Shown: in pieces, positions 42,577 to 55,144 of the stretch | Position numbering within the stretch: position 1 is the first letter of the stretch | Layout of the letters: every line of letters starts with the position of its first letter | Assembly (NCBI RefSeq): GCF_006345805.1 | Contig: NW_021832409.1 | Coordinates: forward strand, 35,750-99,749 | DNA: 64,000 nucleotides | From: Octopus sinensis | Taxonomy: Eukaryota | Reading direction: 5' to 3' | Notes under the pieces: model-generated | The model's database searches: none | What the model saw: the letters and a program-made list of their open reading frames with translations, nothing else | What the model was told of the DNA's origin: nothing | Made by a program: the position numbers and the translations under genes

Positions 42577-42945
42577 CGGCAAGCTGGCAGAGACGTTAGC
42601 ACGCCGGGCGAAATGCGTAGCCGTATTTCGCCTCCCGTTACGTTCTGAGTTCAAATTCCGCCGAGGTCAACTTTGCCTTTTATCCTTTCGGGGTCGATAA
42701 ATTAAGTACCAGTTAACGGACTTAATCCGTTTGTCTGTCCTTGTTTATCCTCTCTGTGTTTAGCCCCTTGTGGGTAGTAAAGAAATAGGTATTTCGTCTG
42801 TCTTTATGTGCTGAGTTCAAATTCCGCCGATGTTGACTTTGCCTTTTCGGGGGTCGATAAATTAAGTACCAGTTACGTACTGGAGTAGATCTAATCGAGT
42901 AGCCTCCTCCCCAAACATTTCAGGTCTTGTTCCTAGAGCAGAAAA
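42577..42945 (+). mobile_element. Dimeric Meta-like SINE
   Basis: Full unit followed at gtagtaaagaaataggtatttcgtctg by a headless second unit. Confidence 0.75.
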
Positions 42946-42967
42946 TAATAATCGAAAATAATATTAA

Positions 42968-43029
<62 letters not shown>

Positions 43030-43030
43030 T

Positions 43031-43641
43031 AATGACCCACCTTACGTCGTTTTCAAATAAACACCTGCAACATTTGGCTGTGACATTTCTCATTCATTTC
43101 GGACGAAATTTTATCATCAAATGACCAAACTATAAACACAGACTTTTAGTGTACTAATTTGTCAAACGGAGGTCATGCTGGGGCCGCATGTACTTGTGTT
43201 CTATGCTAAAACATCTTGGAAAGTATAAATCAGCCAAAATATTGAAATAACACCGATTCCAATATTTCAGTTAATATTCTTTTCTACCCTAGCCACATTT
43301 TACAGGGAGGGGGCCAGTCGATTAGATCGACCCCTGTATGCAACTGGTACTTAATTTATCGACCCGAAAAGGATGAAAGGCAAAGTCGACCTCGGCAGAA
43401 ATCTCACTTATTATTATTGGCAAACTGAAGATGGCAAGCTGGCAGAATCGTTAGTACGCCGGGCGAAATGCTTAGCGGTATTTCCTCTGTCTTTACGTTC
43501 TGAGTTCAAATTCCGCCGAGGTCGACTTTGCATTTCACCCTTTCTGAGTCGATAAATTAAGTACCAGTTGCGTATTGGAGTAGATCTATTCGACTAGCTT
43601 CCTCGCCAAACATTTCTGTCCTTGTGCCTAGAATCGAAAAG
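43031..43641. repeat. Local segmental duplication, copy 1 (unique DNA plus head-to-head SINE pair)
   Basis: Co-linear with 45359-45968, with scattered substitutions and small indels. Confidence 0.85.
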
Positions 43642-43928
43642 AATAAGTGACCGTATGTAAGAGTAGATTTGCAGCCGTTCTCCCTTCAAGAAATAGCAGC
43701 CAGATCTCACTCACTCAATGAAGATCCTATCAACTTATAAAGAACAATATCTTTTAACTTTTAGTGGTGTCGATCATTGGACTTCGGCCATATTGGATCA
43801 CCGCCTTGAAGAGTTTAGTCGAGCAAATTAAGTACCAGTTGCGTACTAGGGTCCATATAATCGACTGGGGACCCTCCCCCAAAATTTCGGGTTTTGCACC
43901 TAGAGTAGAAAAGTATGTGTATGTATAC

Positions 43929-44046
<118 letters not shown>

Positions 44047-44619
44047 GAGAGAGAGAGAGAGAGATGTGGGTGTGTAACGTTTCACGGTATCTGTATAAGT
44101 TACAGTATGTGTAATAAAATCGAGAAGAATAAACAAAATGTCGATGAGCAAACCGGTCTTTTACCTCGAACTACTACCTTGCCTCACCCCAACGCCTCTC
44201 CTCCCACCAAGTAGCGATGGCCACAACCACCCTCACCACCAACGCCAACCCCAACACCAACACCAGCAACATCAGTAACAACAAAACTAGTTTGCTTTAG
44301 AAAATGTATCGGATGAACTTTCTTCTTCTTCGTATTGCTGCTGTCGTTATTATTCCTCTTTTTTTTTCTTGCTTTTTATCCATTGATATTCTGGTTTTCA
44401 TGTTGCACTTGTTGTTCTTCGTTTCGTTTCGTTTCGTTGTTACTGTGTTTATTTTTATATTCTTTTTTTTAGTAGTAGTAGGCGGTTCGTTCCGGTCAAT
44501 GCTGAAACGTGTTCCTCATGTTAATTTTCTATTGCTTTTCGTCCACCGCCTTTGTCTTGTTGTCTTTTTCTATTCCTTCCTTTTCTTTTCCCTTTTTGTT
44601 TTCTGTTCCTTGTCTTCTT

Positions 44620-44712
44620 CTTCTTCTTCTTCTTCTTCTTCTTCTCTTCTTCTTCTTCTTCTTCTTCTTCTTCTTCTTCTTCTTCTTCTTCTTCTTCTTC
44701 TTCTTCTTCTTC
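44620..44712. repeat. (TTC)n microsatellite
   Basis: Direct reading. Confidence 0.95.
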
Positions 44713-44843
44713 TGTAACAACTTCCTTACTACACAAGTTGAAAACAAATGTACCGCAACTTAAACATTTATAATTATTGTACTTTCTCGCTTCCTTGTTT
44801 TATTATGGTAGTGGGGTGGTCACTTGTTTTCACTTTGTAATGG

Positions 44844-44933
<90 letters not shown>

Positions 44934-45138
44934 CCATGTATATATATATATATATCTATATATATATATAGATCTATATATATATATACATAGATATGTA
45001 TGTGTTCTCTGTGTGTGTGTGTGAGGTGTTTGTTTATGTATTTAGTCACATCCTCCGCCATACATACACACTAAATGAAGTCGCTCTTTTCCGCGTATTT
45101 AATCGCACAGACAAGCAGACATACATGTGTATATAAAC

Positions 45139-45175
<37 letters not shown>

Positions 45176-45313
45176 AGGAGAGAGAAAGAGATGCATATAC
45201 ACACATATACATTTACATATAATCATATATTTATATATATGAATGTATGCAGAGATACACGCACATATATCTTTATATATATATATATGTATATACAAAT
45301 GCTGATATATATG

Positions 45314-45358
<45 letters not shown>

Positions 45359-45362
<4 letters not shown>

Positions 45363-45968
45363 ACGCACCTTACGTCATTTTCAAATGAACACCTGCAACA
45401 TTTGGCTGTGACATTTCTCATTCATTTAGACCGAAATGTTATCATCAAATGACCAAACTATAAACACAGACTTTTAGGGTAATAATTTGTCATACGGTGG
45501 CCAAGCTGGGGCCACTTGCACTTGTGCTTTATCCTAAGACGTCTTGGAAAGTATAAATCAGCCAAATTATTGAAATAACACCGATTCCAATATTTCATCT
45601 ATTATTCTTTTCTACTCTAGGCACAAGGCCCGAAATTTTGCAGGGAAGGGGCCAGTCGATTAGATCGACCCAGTATGCAACTGGTACTTAATTGATCGAC
45701 CTTTCAAAGGATGAAAGGCAAAGTCGACCTCGGCAGAAATCTCACTTATTATTATTGACAAACTGAAGTTAGCAAGCTGGCAGAATCGTTAGTAAGCCAG
45801 GCAAAATGCTTGTCTGCCGATACGTTGTGAGTTCAAATTCCGCCGAGGTCGACTTTGCATTTCACCCTTTCTGAGTCGATAAATTAAGTACCAATTGCGT
45901 ACTGAGGTCGATCTAATCGACTGCCCCTCTCCCCCAAAATTTCGAGCCTTGTACCTAGAGTAGAAAAG
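45359..45968. repeat. Local segmental duplication, copy 2
   Basis: Shares caccttacgtc...aacacctgcaacatttggctgtgacatttctcattcattt...cggcagaaatctcacttattattattg with copy 1. Confidence 0.85.
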
Positions 45969-46665
45969 AATCGTTAGCACGCCGGACAGAATGCTTATCG
46001 GCATTTCGTCCATCATTACGTTCTGAGTTCAAATTCCTCCGAGGTCGACTTTACCCTTCATCCTTCGGGGTCGATAAAATGAGTACCAGTTGAACACTGG
46101 GTTCGATGCAATCTACTAACCTTCTCTCAAATTTCAGTCCCTGTGCATATAGTAGAAAGGATCATTATTGGCAAACTGGTAAAATCGATAGAGCATCAAA
46201 AAAATGTCTTGTGTTATTTTTCTGGATCCTAAAATTCTGAGTTCGTTTCCCCTTTGTGTTAACTTCGCTTTTATCTCTCCAGGCTCGATAAAATCTATAT
46301 GCCAGTGAAATCAGTGCAATTAGCTAACTTCTTCCCCTCCAAATTGTCGGATTTAGCTGGATATCTTTGGGTTCTTTATATTCTGGGTTGAAATTCCGAC
46401 GAGTTCCACTTTACCATTCATCTTTTGGGTTCGACAGGCCCTGTGCCAATAGTAGAAAGATATTATTTTCAAGTTTTTGCACAAGGCCAGCAATTTCAGG
46501 AAAGAGGTAAGTCGATTTTATCAACCTCAGTGTTCAACTAATTTTATGGGCCTTGATAGAAAGAAAGGAAAACTCTATCTCGGCGGCATTTCAGTACAGA
46601 ATGTAAAGACAGACGATATGTCGCAAAAGCATTTTGCCAAGCGAGCTAACGATTTTGCCAGCTTG
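45969..46665. mobile_element. Cluster of Meta-like SINE copies (three on +, progressively decayed; one on -)
   Basis: Repeated ttctgagttcaaattcc.ccgaggtcgacttt motifs; reverse copy at ~46475-46665. Confidence 0.7.
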
Positions 46666-46726
46666 TCCCCTTTAGGATTATTATTATCATTATCATTATT
46701 ATCATCATCGCCGTCGTCATCATCAT

Positions 46727-46766
<40 letters not shown>

Positions 46767-46770
46767 GTTA

Positions 46771-46802
<32 letters not shown>

Positions 46803-47112
46803 GAAGACGTCGCACAGTATCCAATATTGTGATGTAGATTGAAAATATTGTGAGTACCGGATGTTTGTACTTTCTGTCAAGTTACAACAACGACCTCAGA
46901 CTAACAATACTTTATACAATATGCATTCAGTTCTAAGTAAAGCCGATATTTGCAATGCACCAAGATTGTAGGGTCTTTCTAAAGTTTCCAGATGTTACTT
47001 CGGGTTGGGTAGTATTGAACCCAATGTCCCGATGACAACTGAAACAATCTTTATGTGTGACTTCCGTAGCTGTCACATCTTAGCGATCTCAATTCTTAGG
47101 TCTCAATATTTG

Positions 47113-47169
<57 letters not shown>

Positions 47170-47171
<2 letters not shown>

Positions 47172-47637
47172 GAGTGAGAGAGCAGTTCATGCCATCAAAG
47201 TGACACTGGGGTAAAATATACGAAGCCCAGCATACCCATCATGACTACCCGTCTGATAAGGGTACACCAGGCACATGCATCACAACCATATGTGCGCGAC
47301 ATGGTGATCTCATATCAAGATAAACAGCACATGACCTTGCAGGTGGGGCCCAGTTAGAATTTTCTTCAGGTCGAGTAACCCATCCTGCTCAAAAGGTCCG
47401 TGAATAAGGGTTGCTTTAGGATGTTGAACGAAACACCTATGTTTCCAGAGGTGAATTATTCAAACTCCAAAGAATCCCTCTCAACACATGGCTATGATGC
47501 TCCCCCACTACTTCTGCTCGTAATCAGAGATGCACGTATTGTCAGCCACTAAGGGACATGCTCAACTGGTTAAGGTCAAACAACTGACAAGCAAATCTGT
47601 GGTATTGAGCAGAATATTTGCTGTAGCCCATCTTTTA
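47170..47637 (-). mobile_element. Non-coding (TAA)n-tailed retroposon ('family D'), copy 2
   Basis: Homologous to 5793-6250; (TTA)n on both sides. Confidence 0.75.
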
Positions 47638-47654
47638 TTATTATTATTATTCTA

Positions 47655-50600
47655 TGTTTGACTTTTGCTTTATATTTGTACAAGTTGGCTCCAAGTCTCA
47701 CCCAGAGACCTCAAGAGACAACAGGTTGGAAGTTCATGTTGTTGTTATGCCTAGTGTGCCATATATTGGGGTGGGGGGATGTTGTACTAATGAATGTCTA
47801 AAAAAAAAAAGTTTTTTTTTTTTTTTTTTTTTAAACCGAAAATTATGGTTGTTTTAAACCTTGAGGTTACATAGAGAGTATTTTGCGTAGGATATGAGCA
47901 GTTCCCATGAGCACTATCTTTTGAACTTCTGCCATTTTTGGGTTTCCTGGTATCTGAGTTAGGTAGCTATCAGCCCCTTTTGCTATCATTCCCAGGGCAC
48001 CTATGACAACAGTATTGTTTTAGTCTTCAGCTTCCACATTTTGCTGATTCCTATTTCAAGATCTTTATATTTGCTCAGTTTTTGTAGATCCTGACAGATA
48101 CGTTTATATCGATTGGGACAGTCATATCAATAAGGAGGCATGTTCTTTGTTTGAAGTCTTTCAATATGATGTCTGGCCTATTTGCATCTATCTTCCTGTC
48201 AGTTTGAATAGTGAAGTTCCAGAAGAGTGAGATGTGGTCATTTTCAAGCACTGGGGGTGGTTTGTGTTCCCACCATTTTTTTTCATGGGGCAAATCCAGG
48301 TTTTTACAGATTACCCAGTGAATATATTGTGCAGCTCTATCGTGCCTGTTGAGATACTCTGTAGGCGCTAGAAGACTGCACTTGGAGACCACATGGTCAA
48401 TGGTTTCATTTTGTTGCTTGCATACACGCACGTTGGACTGCTTCTGATCTGTAATATGTTGGCCTGGTAGTTTCTGTTGGTAGGCATTGATCTTGAGCTG
48501 CTATGATAAACCCCTCTGTTTCAGATTTTAAGCGAGGCCATTAGCCATTGATGGGTCAGGGCTTTGTCGATATCTGCATTATTCGCTCTCTTTGGGTATT
48601 TGCCGTAGAGAGGTTTTTCTTGCCATTTATTATTCAGAATATCTAAGGCCGCAGTTTTGGCACGGGTTTTCATGCGCCTAGCTTTTTCTGTGCTTGTTTC
48701 TTGTATGTCTATCTCTAATTCCGAAATTGGTTGTATTCGGAATTCACTTAGATATTCCTTTGCCTGTTTTGTGACTGAGTATGATGCTTTCTTGTTTTCA
48801 TGTTTTGAGACAAGTTTTAACATCCAGTCCTCAGAGTTTTTCAGGTAGGTGTCTAGGCCAATTGTAGCAATCTTCATTGTTATTTCCAGTTGCAAAAGAC
48901 CACGGCCTCCCTCTTTTCTTGGCAGATAGAGTCGTTCTGTATCTGCCTTAGGGTGGTGCATTCTATGCAATGTCAACAGTTTCCTTTTTTTCTGTCGAGC
49001 TGACATATTTCAGTAATTGACCAGTTACAATATTGAAACTGTAAGTCACGACTGGTATAGCTAATGCATTGATTGCTTCGATCCTGTTTCTTGCATTCAG
49101 CTCTGTCTTGAGTATTGCTCTCACTCTTCGATAGCATTCTCTCCTGATCCTTTCCTTCATCTCTGAATGCCTTATTCCGTTCCCTTCAATTACCCCTAGG
49201 TACTTGTAGCTCTCCGCTGGGTCTAGTTCTTTTATGACATTCTGTTGGTCAAGGTTAACGTTAGATGTTTCTGTCATTTTTCCTTGATAAATATAGCCTT
49301 TGCACATTTACGAGCCGAAGAATTGCATTCTGATGTCGTCACTGAATTGTTTGACTATCGCTAGTAAGCCCTTGAGTTGTTGATCATTTTTTGCAAAAAG
49401 CTTTAAATCATCCATGTAAACGAGATGATTTATATTTTTATCAAACATTTTATACCCGTACTGCGCGTCATTGAGCAGCTTTGAGAGAGGTATTAAGGAT
49501 AAACAAAAGAGAAGTGGTGACAGTGAGTCACCCTGGAAATGTCACACGAAATTTTTACATCACCAGCATTTAGGGATTCACTGTCACTGTTCAGAGTTAG
49601 TGTGGTTCTCCATGATCTCATACTTACAGTCAAGAAGTTTCGCAGAGTTGGTGCTATCTTATACATTTCAAGGCATTTCCTAATCCAGCTATGTGGTAGG
49701 CTATCAAAAGCCTTTTTATAGTCTATCCAGGCTATTGATAAGTTTTTGTGTCGTTTGTGACAATCTTCTAAGATCATCTTATTGATGAGTAGTTGGTCTT
49801 TACAGCCGTAGGATCCACGTTTACATCCTTTCTGTTCTGTTCATTAGGGAATATGCTGCTGTCTGTTAAAAATATAGGTATATTCCGTCAGGACAGATGT
49901 TAGAGTTTTGTACATAGTTGTTAAGCAGTTATGGGTCTATAGTTTTTTGGTTCATTTGTTTCTTCTTCACTTTTTGGAAGCAGGAATGTTAACCCATTAA
50001 CTAGCCAAGGAGGCATCCTACTAGGGTGTTGCAGAACATCATTGTACAGTTCTGTTAGCAGTTCATGGCTCTCTGGGAAGGCATTCAGCCAGAAGTTAGG
50101 AATTTTATCCTTTCCTGGAGACTTCCATTTGCTTGACCTCCTGAGAGCAGATCTTATATCTTCTACCTTGACACCCTCCCACTTTTGCTCTTCTAAGGGG
50201 TCCAGTTCTGTAGATATTCTGTCAATCCAGGGGGCCTTTTCGTTGTGTGTTTTTTCTTCTTGCCCAGATTTTATTCCAAAATCTCTGCACTTCTTCTTTT
50301 GATGGTACAGACCCTGCAGTAAACGCTGTTTTTCCTATCTTCCTGTAAAAATTCTTGGTGTTTTTTTGAACATGTTGTTGTCCTTGAAAAATCTAACACG
50401 CTTTTCATACCTCGCTATGCGGTAGCTTTGCAGATACCTTTTGTTTGGTGGTTTCTATGGTGGCATCAATATCAAGTATAGTTTACATATTGTATTTTTT
50501 CAGTAATTTTTGGGTTTTTGTAGGTTTGGTAGTCTTGTGAGCCTTAGGTTTTTCAAATATTCAATGTCAGATCTAAATACTTTAATTTGTTGTTGCAGAC

Positions 50601-51404
50601 GCTCTTGCCAAGAAGGCTTTTTGTGGGACTGTTGCCGTTTTCTAATCTTTACACCACATAGGATCGTTGAGATTTTCGCGGATGCATAGTATAGGTGGTT
50701 GAGGTTTGTGATATCAACATCATTAACTGAAATTATATCCTTAAGTGCAAGCCGGATTTTACCAATTATTTTCATGTTTTGGTTAGAGTTGCGGATTTTA
50801 GGAAGTGTATCACGCTCATCCATGCTGGTTTCTTTAATTTTCAGCCATTCAATCATGATTTGATTTTTTAGCTCATGTAGTTTTGTTGGGTCAATATTTG
50901 TGTGACTTTCTTTATCTATTTGATGCTCATCTGTCTTAGTGTTTATGATTGGTTCAGGGCGTATTTCACTTTGCCTATCACTTATACTAACTCTTTCAAT
51001 CCTCTCTTCGTTTTTATCCGCCCTGGGCTGGTCTATAATCATTTCCTCTGTATTATCTTCTCTAGCTGCAGCTTCGTTCATTTTATCCGATATTGCTTGT
51101 CTAACCTGATCAATCTCTACTTCAGTCAGTAATTTCTTTTTTATAATGTTTCTTCTAACATTTGCAAGCTTGTTACTGTCTATGTAGGGTCTTACTTCAG
51201 GGTGTTTCTGTCTCCAGTTTAAGTATGCTTGTACAGTGCTAGACTTATCTGTGGGGAAATATATGGCATGGTAGAAGGCCTCGAGAACTTCTTTATTATC
51301 TTCCCTAGACCATTTTTCCTTCTTTTTCTTTTGATTATTTGGTGATGAGCATGGATGGCCATCTGTTGGAATATTCCGGTTGTGGGGTTCGTCCAGCTCC
51401 TGTG

Positions 51405-51405
<1 letters not shown>
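47655..51405 (-). mobile_element. Near full-length R4/Dong-clade non-LTR retrotransposon (single ORF, pseudogenised)
   Basis: N-terminal RKRRKWSREDNKEVLEAFY. RT motifs [42 protein letters not shown] and NHLVYMDDLKLF. Also CRVCKQQNETIDHVVSKC and NRPDIILKD. Stop at ~47867; several frameshifts; (TAA)n flanks at both ends. Confidence 0.93.
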
Positions 51406-51480
<75 letters not shown>

Positions 51481-51526
51481 TTATTATTATTATTATTATT
51501 ATTGTTGTTGTTGTTGTTTTTGTTGC

Positions 51527-51601
<75 letters not shown>

Positions 51602-51604
51602 TAT

Positions 51605-51895
51605 TGCCTTTGCACAGCTTCTAACGCCGGAGATGTACTACAGTGTCTGTTGTTCACTACTAGTGAACTAAGGTAACACCTCTTACTTTTCGAGCACCTT
51701 CAGGAGTATTCGAGCGGTTCCAAGCAGTGCTGTTTTCTGAAAGTGCTCCGCCCTAATTGCAGCTCCTGTATTTCTTGAGATTTTTGCTCACTGTTCCCAG
51801 GGCTCCAACAATTATTGGTACTACTACCACCTTTTTCATCGACTAAAACTGCTTACCTTCCCAAGCTAACCTGTCATATCTCTCGACTTTTCTTC
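51605..51895 (-). mobile_element. R4/Dong-type 3' fragment (family X)
   Basis: Minus strand reads KVVVVPIIVGALGTVSKNLKKY...EHFQKTALLGTARILLKVLEK*. Confidence 0.85.
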
Positions 51896-51908
51896 ATATG
51901 GATGTACG

Positions 51909-51944
<36 letters not shown>

Positions 51945-52872
51945 TAATTACGACAGAAGTAATGTTAGAGTAAAGTAATATTGATCTCCAACTTAACGTA
52001 GATGTTGTGTTAGAACACATACCTTTACTGTTGCAAATATCTCAGAGCCTACCTCCAATTTAACACCACTGTTACTACGTGAACAACACTAGAACCAACA
52101 CAGCATCAACTGCAGTACAACCACCACCACTACCAAAACTACTATCATCAAGCACACTGAAACTAAGACCAGATGCACCATAGATTTTCTGAAACCTTCG
52201 ATACCGAAGCATGTACGGAAGAGTACTTTTTTTCCGAACGAGATGTGGTTACGCTCGAAATTAAACGAATATTAAATTTACTTTAATAATTAAACTAAAT
52301 ACAAGTAGCTCTATATTAATATAAACGATGCAAGTTTATTAGTATTGTGCCAGGTAAAGTAGTGTGAAACAAGGCTGCCTTGTAAATTAGTTTGGTAGCA
52401 GTGGTTTTTTTCCAGCTTGTAAATGAGTGCGGAGTGTAAGAGTTTGTGTAGTATCAGTGCCCGGAAAAAATTTATATCGTCAGTAGTTTATATATACGAA
52501 AAAGAAGCATACACTAAACCATTATTTTTTAGGGAGTTAAATGTTATGGCAGCTATAGAGTCACCATCGGTTTCACACTTATAAAGCGCTTAGCATTATA
52601 GGTGGCTCCTCATGCTCAAATCGCCGAAGGTGCATAACCCCTCAACAGCTGGAGGAAGAAATACCTCATGGTCAGTTAGCTTTCTAAACAAAAATCATTT
52701 GTTCGTGCAGGAGCAAAGCACATTGGTTCTGGCCGTAGTAATATTCGAAGAAGTTGCGGCGGGCCTATTCAGCAAGAGGGGAATTCAATCTTGTAGTAGG
52801 AAGCATTTTAGATGGGGGTTTGAGTAAATACTTCTTTCCTGGAGTTTAAAAAGGTCTTCGGTTCGAGCAAGT

Positions 52873-52880
52873 TTTTTTAG

Positions 52881-52975
<95 letters not shown>
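52873..52975. repeat. (CT)n microsatellite
   Basis: Direct reading. Confidence 0.95.
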
Positions 52976-52977
<2 letters not shown>

Positions 52978-53245
52978 AAGCAAAGCTGACATCATTTGGA
53001 GAACGCCACACTACCTACTGAACGCCTTGGACAAATATCTTTTGTTTACAAATGCAACTGACAGTGACGAATTTCTTCATCCAATTGTAAAGAGCTTATG
53101 TGGTATGAGTCTAACGTGTCACCTATACTGCTAAGATCTTTATAGGTGCGAAACGAATCCTCATTCTATACCCAGTCATAACAATTCATTTCTGATATAC
53201 ACATATATACGTATATAAATACATACATACACACATATATATATA

Positions 53246-53317
<72 letters not shown>

Positions 53318-53481
53318 CATACCAATTAAGGACTGAACACGAAAAAGTGGACAGTCAACATGCTAGATATAGACGTCAAATCGCCATTCTCCACAAAGAT
53401 TTTGTTCTCAAATAAAATAAAATTCAGCACGACCTAAAGCAATAGATAAGACAAAAGAAATATACGAAATGGAATAATCAC

Positions 53482-53543
53482 CAGCGTACCGAACGGTTTC
53501 AGCTATTAATATCACAAGGATATCTGTAGCTTCGTCAGCGCAG
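53482..53543 (-). ncRNA. Type I hammerhead ribozyme motif, copy 1
   Basis: Minus strand: CUGCG-CUGACGA-AGCUA-ca-gauauc-cuugu-gauauu-aa-UAGCU-GAAA-CCG-UU-CGG-UA-CGCUG. Core and GUA cleavage triplet are intact; one mismatch in stem I. Confidence 0.75.
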
Positions 53544-53988
53544 TTTGTTATGAGCATAATATGCTGTACTAGATGAAAAACGGTACCGGAGTCCCGTATG
53601 CAAAAAGTACAACCTATTAAGTTCGGATGTATCTTTCAAATGCCTTTACTTTTGGCGCGCTGAGACTCGAAAAACCAGCCTGCAGCTAATAATTAGCAGC
53701 AGTCAATTTATCGGTTTGAGAACATATATTTCATATTTAAAAATTAAGGGTAAAAATTGATATTAGTCAATTAAAACCAGTGGTCTAGCACATTAAAAAG
53801 AATCCGAAGATTAAAATATTTATATATACCAATAAAGGACTGAACACGAAAAAGTGGACAGTCAACATGCTAGATATAGACGTCAAATCGCCATTCTTCA
53901 CAAAGATTTTGTTCTCAAATAAAATAAAATTCAGCACGACCTAAAGCAATAGATAAGACAAAAGAAATATACGAAATGGAATAATCAC

Positions 53989-54050
53989 CTGCGTACCGAA
54001 CGGTTTCAGCTATTAATATCACAAGGATAACTGTAGCTTCGTCAGCGCAG
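53989..54050 (-). ncRNA. Type I hammerhead ribozyme motif, copy 2
   Basis: Same core with a perfect 5-bp stem I (CUGCG/CGCAG) and one mismatch in the distal stem II. Confidence 0.8.
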
Positions 54051-54463
54051 TTTGTTATGAGCATAATATGCTGTACTACATGAAAAACGGTACCGGAGTC
54101 CCGTATGCAAAAAGTACAACCTATTAAGTTCGGATGTACTTTAATTTCCTTTATATTTAAGATTCACTATTAATATCCCTACTCTTTCTGTTAGCTACTT
54201 ATGACGTTATATCATATAACGTTTTTTAAAACTATTAATAGCGTTCTGTCTATCGCTATACAAATCCATCATTTTTTGCTAAAATGTCTTATTGACGAGT
54301 TTGGTTTTTTTCACTTTCCTGAGGAGAAGATTGCACTGTTTATACCATTTATTCTTTTGAATAGTATCAGTGGAATTTTCGAAACATGTGTCGAAAGTAA
54401 AAATATTTGATTACACCTGCGTTAAACTCCATTTATTTATTCATATATATATATATATATATG

Positions 54464-54603
54464 AGTACAGGACACCACAAATAAACGTAGAACACAACGA
54501 GAAACGAAAACATAAAATCAAACAAGGAAAAGTCCGTTTCCTTGTTTGATTTTATGGTTTCGTTTCTCGTTGTGTTCTACGTTTATTTGTGCTGTCCTGT
54601 ACT
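54464..54603. repeat. Near-perfect 67-bp inverted repeat with a 6-nt loop
   Basis: 54464-54530 versus 54537-54603: 2 mismatches; flanked by (TA)n. Confidence 0.95.
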
Positions 54604-54700
54604 AATATATATATATAATATATATATATATATATGTTTTCCACCTGCCTTCGTCTTTTGTCTATTTTCATAAAGCTTCCCGTTATATATATATATATAT

Positions 54701-54738
<38 letters not shown>

Positions 54739-54821
54739 GATGTAGGTATGTACATATATGTATAGATGTATGCATATGTTTTATTTATCAAATTGTTATT
54801 ATATATATTATATATATATTG

Positions 54822-55144
54822 TTATTATGTTTTCGGTTTTGTTTATATTGTTACCATTTTATTGGGATCCTCTACCGTCATATGTTGTGGTGTGTGCTAT
54901 TGTTCCATTCTATTTTCCCATTCAGGCTAGGTTTATTTTCTATTATGTGTGTAGCTTCTGTAATTTGCCTGATTGTTGCATCTGTTCTATGTGTGGACAA
55001 ATTACAGAAGCTGCACACATAATAGAAAAAAAAATCTAGCCTAAATAGGAAACTAGAATGGAACACTAGCAAACACCACAACATATGACGGTAGAGGATC
55101 CCAATAAGATGGTTACAATATAAACAAAACCGAAAACATAATAA
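54822..55144. repeat. Inverted repeat, ~147-bp arms, 30-nt spacer
   Basis: ttgggatcctctaccgtcatatgttgtggtgt versus acaccacaacatatgacggtagaggatcccaa; ttatgttttcggttttgtttatattg versus caatataaacaaaaccgaaaacataa. Confidence 0.9.

Larger units (their letters stand above)
53321..54138 (-). mobile_element. A-B-A partial tandem repeat (A ~311 bp, B ~196 bp), probably Penelope pLTR-derived and non-autonomous
   Basis: 53321-53631 and 53828-54138 differ at about 5 positions; each A carries a hammerhead motif; the element ends in (TA)n. Confidence 0.75.

Noticed and set aside
52196-52260. Three short adjacent hairpins (cttcg/cgaag, cggaa/ttccg, cgag/ctcg)
   Set aside because: The stems are only 4-5 bp with no enclosing helix, which is compatible with chance.
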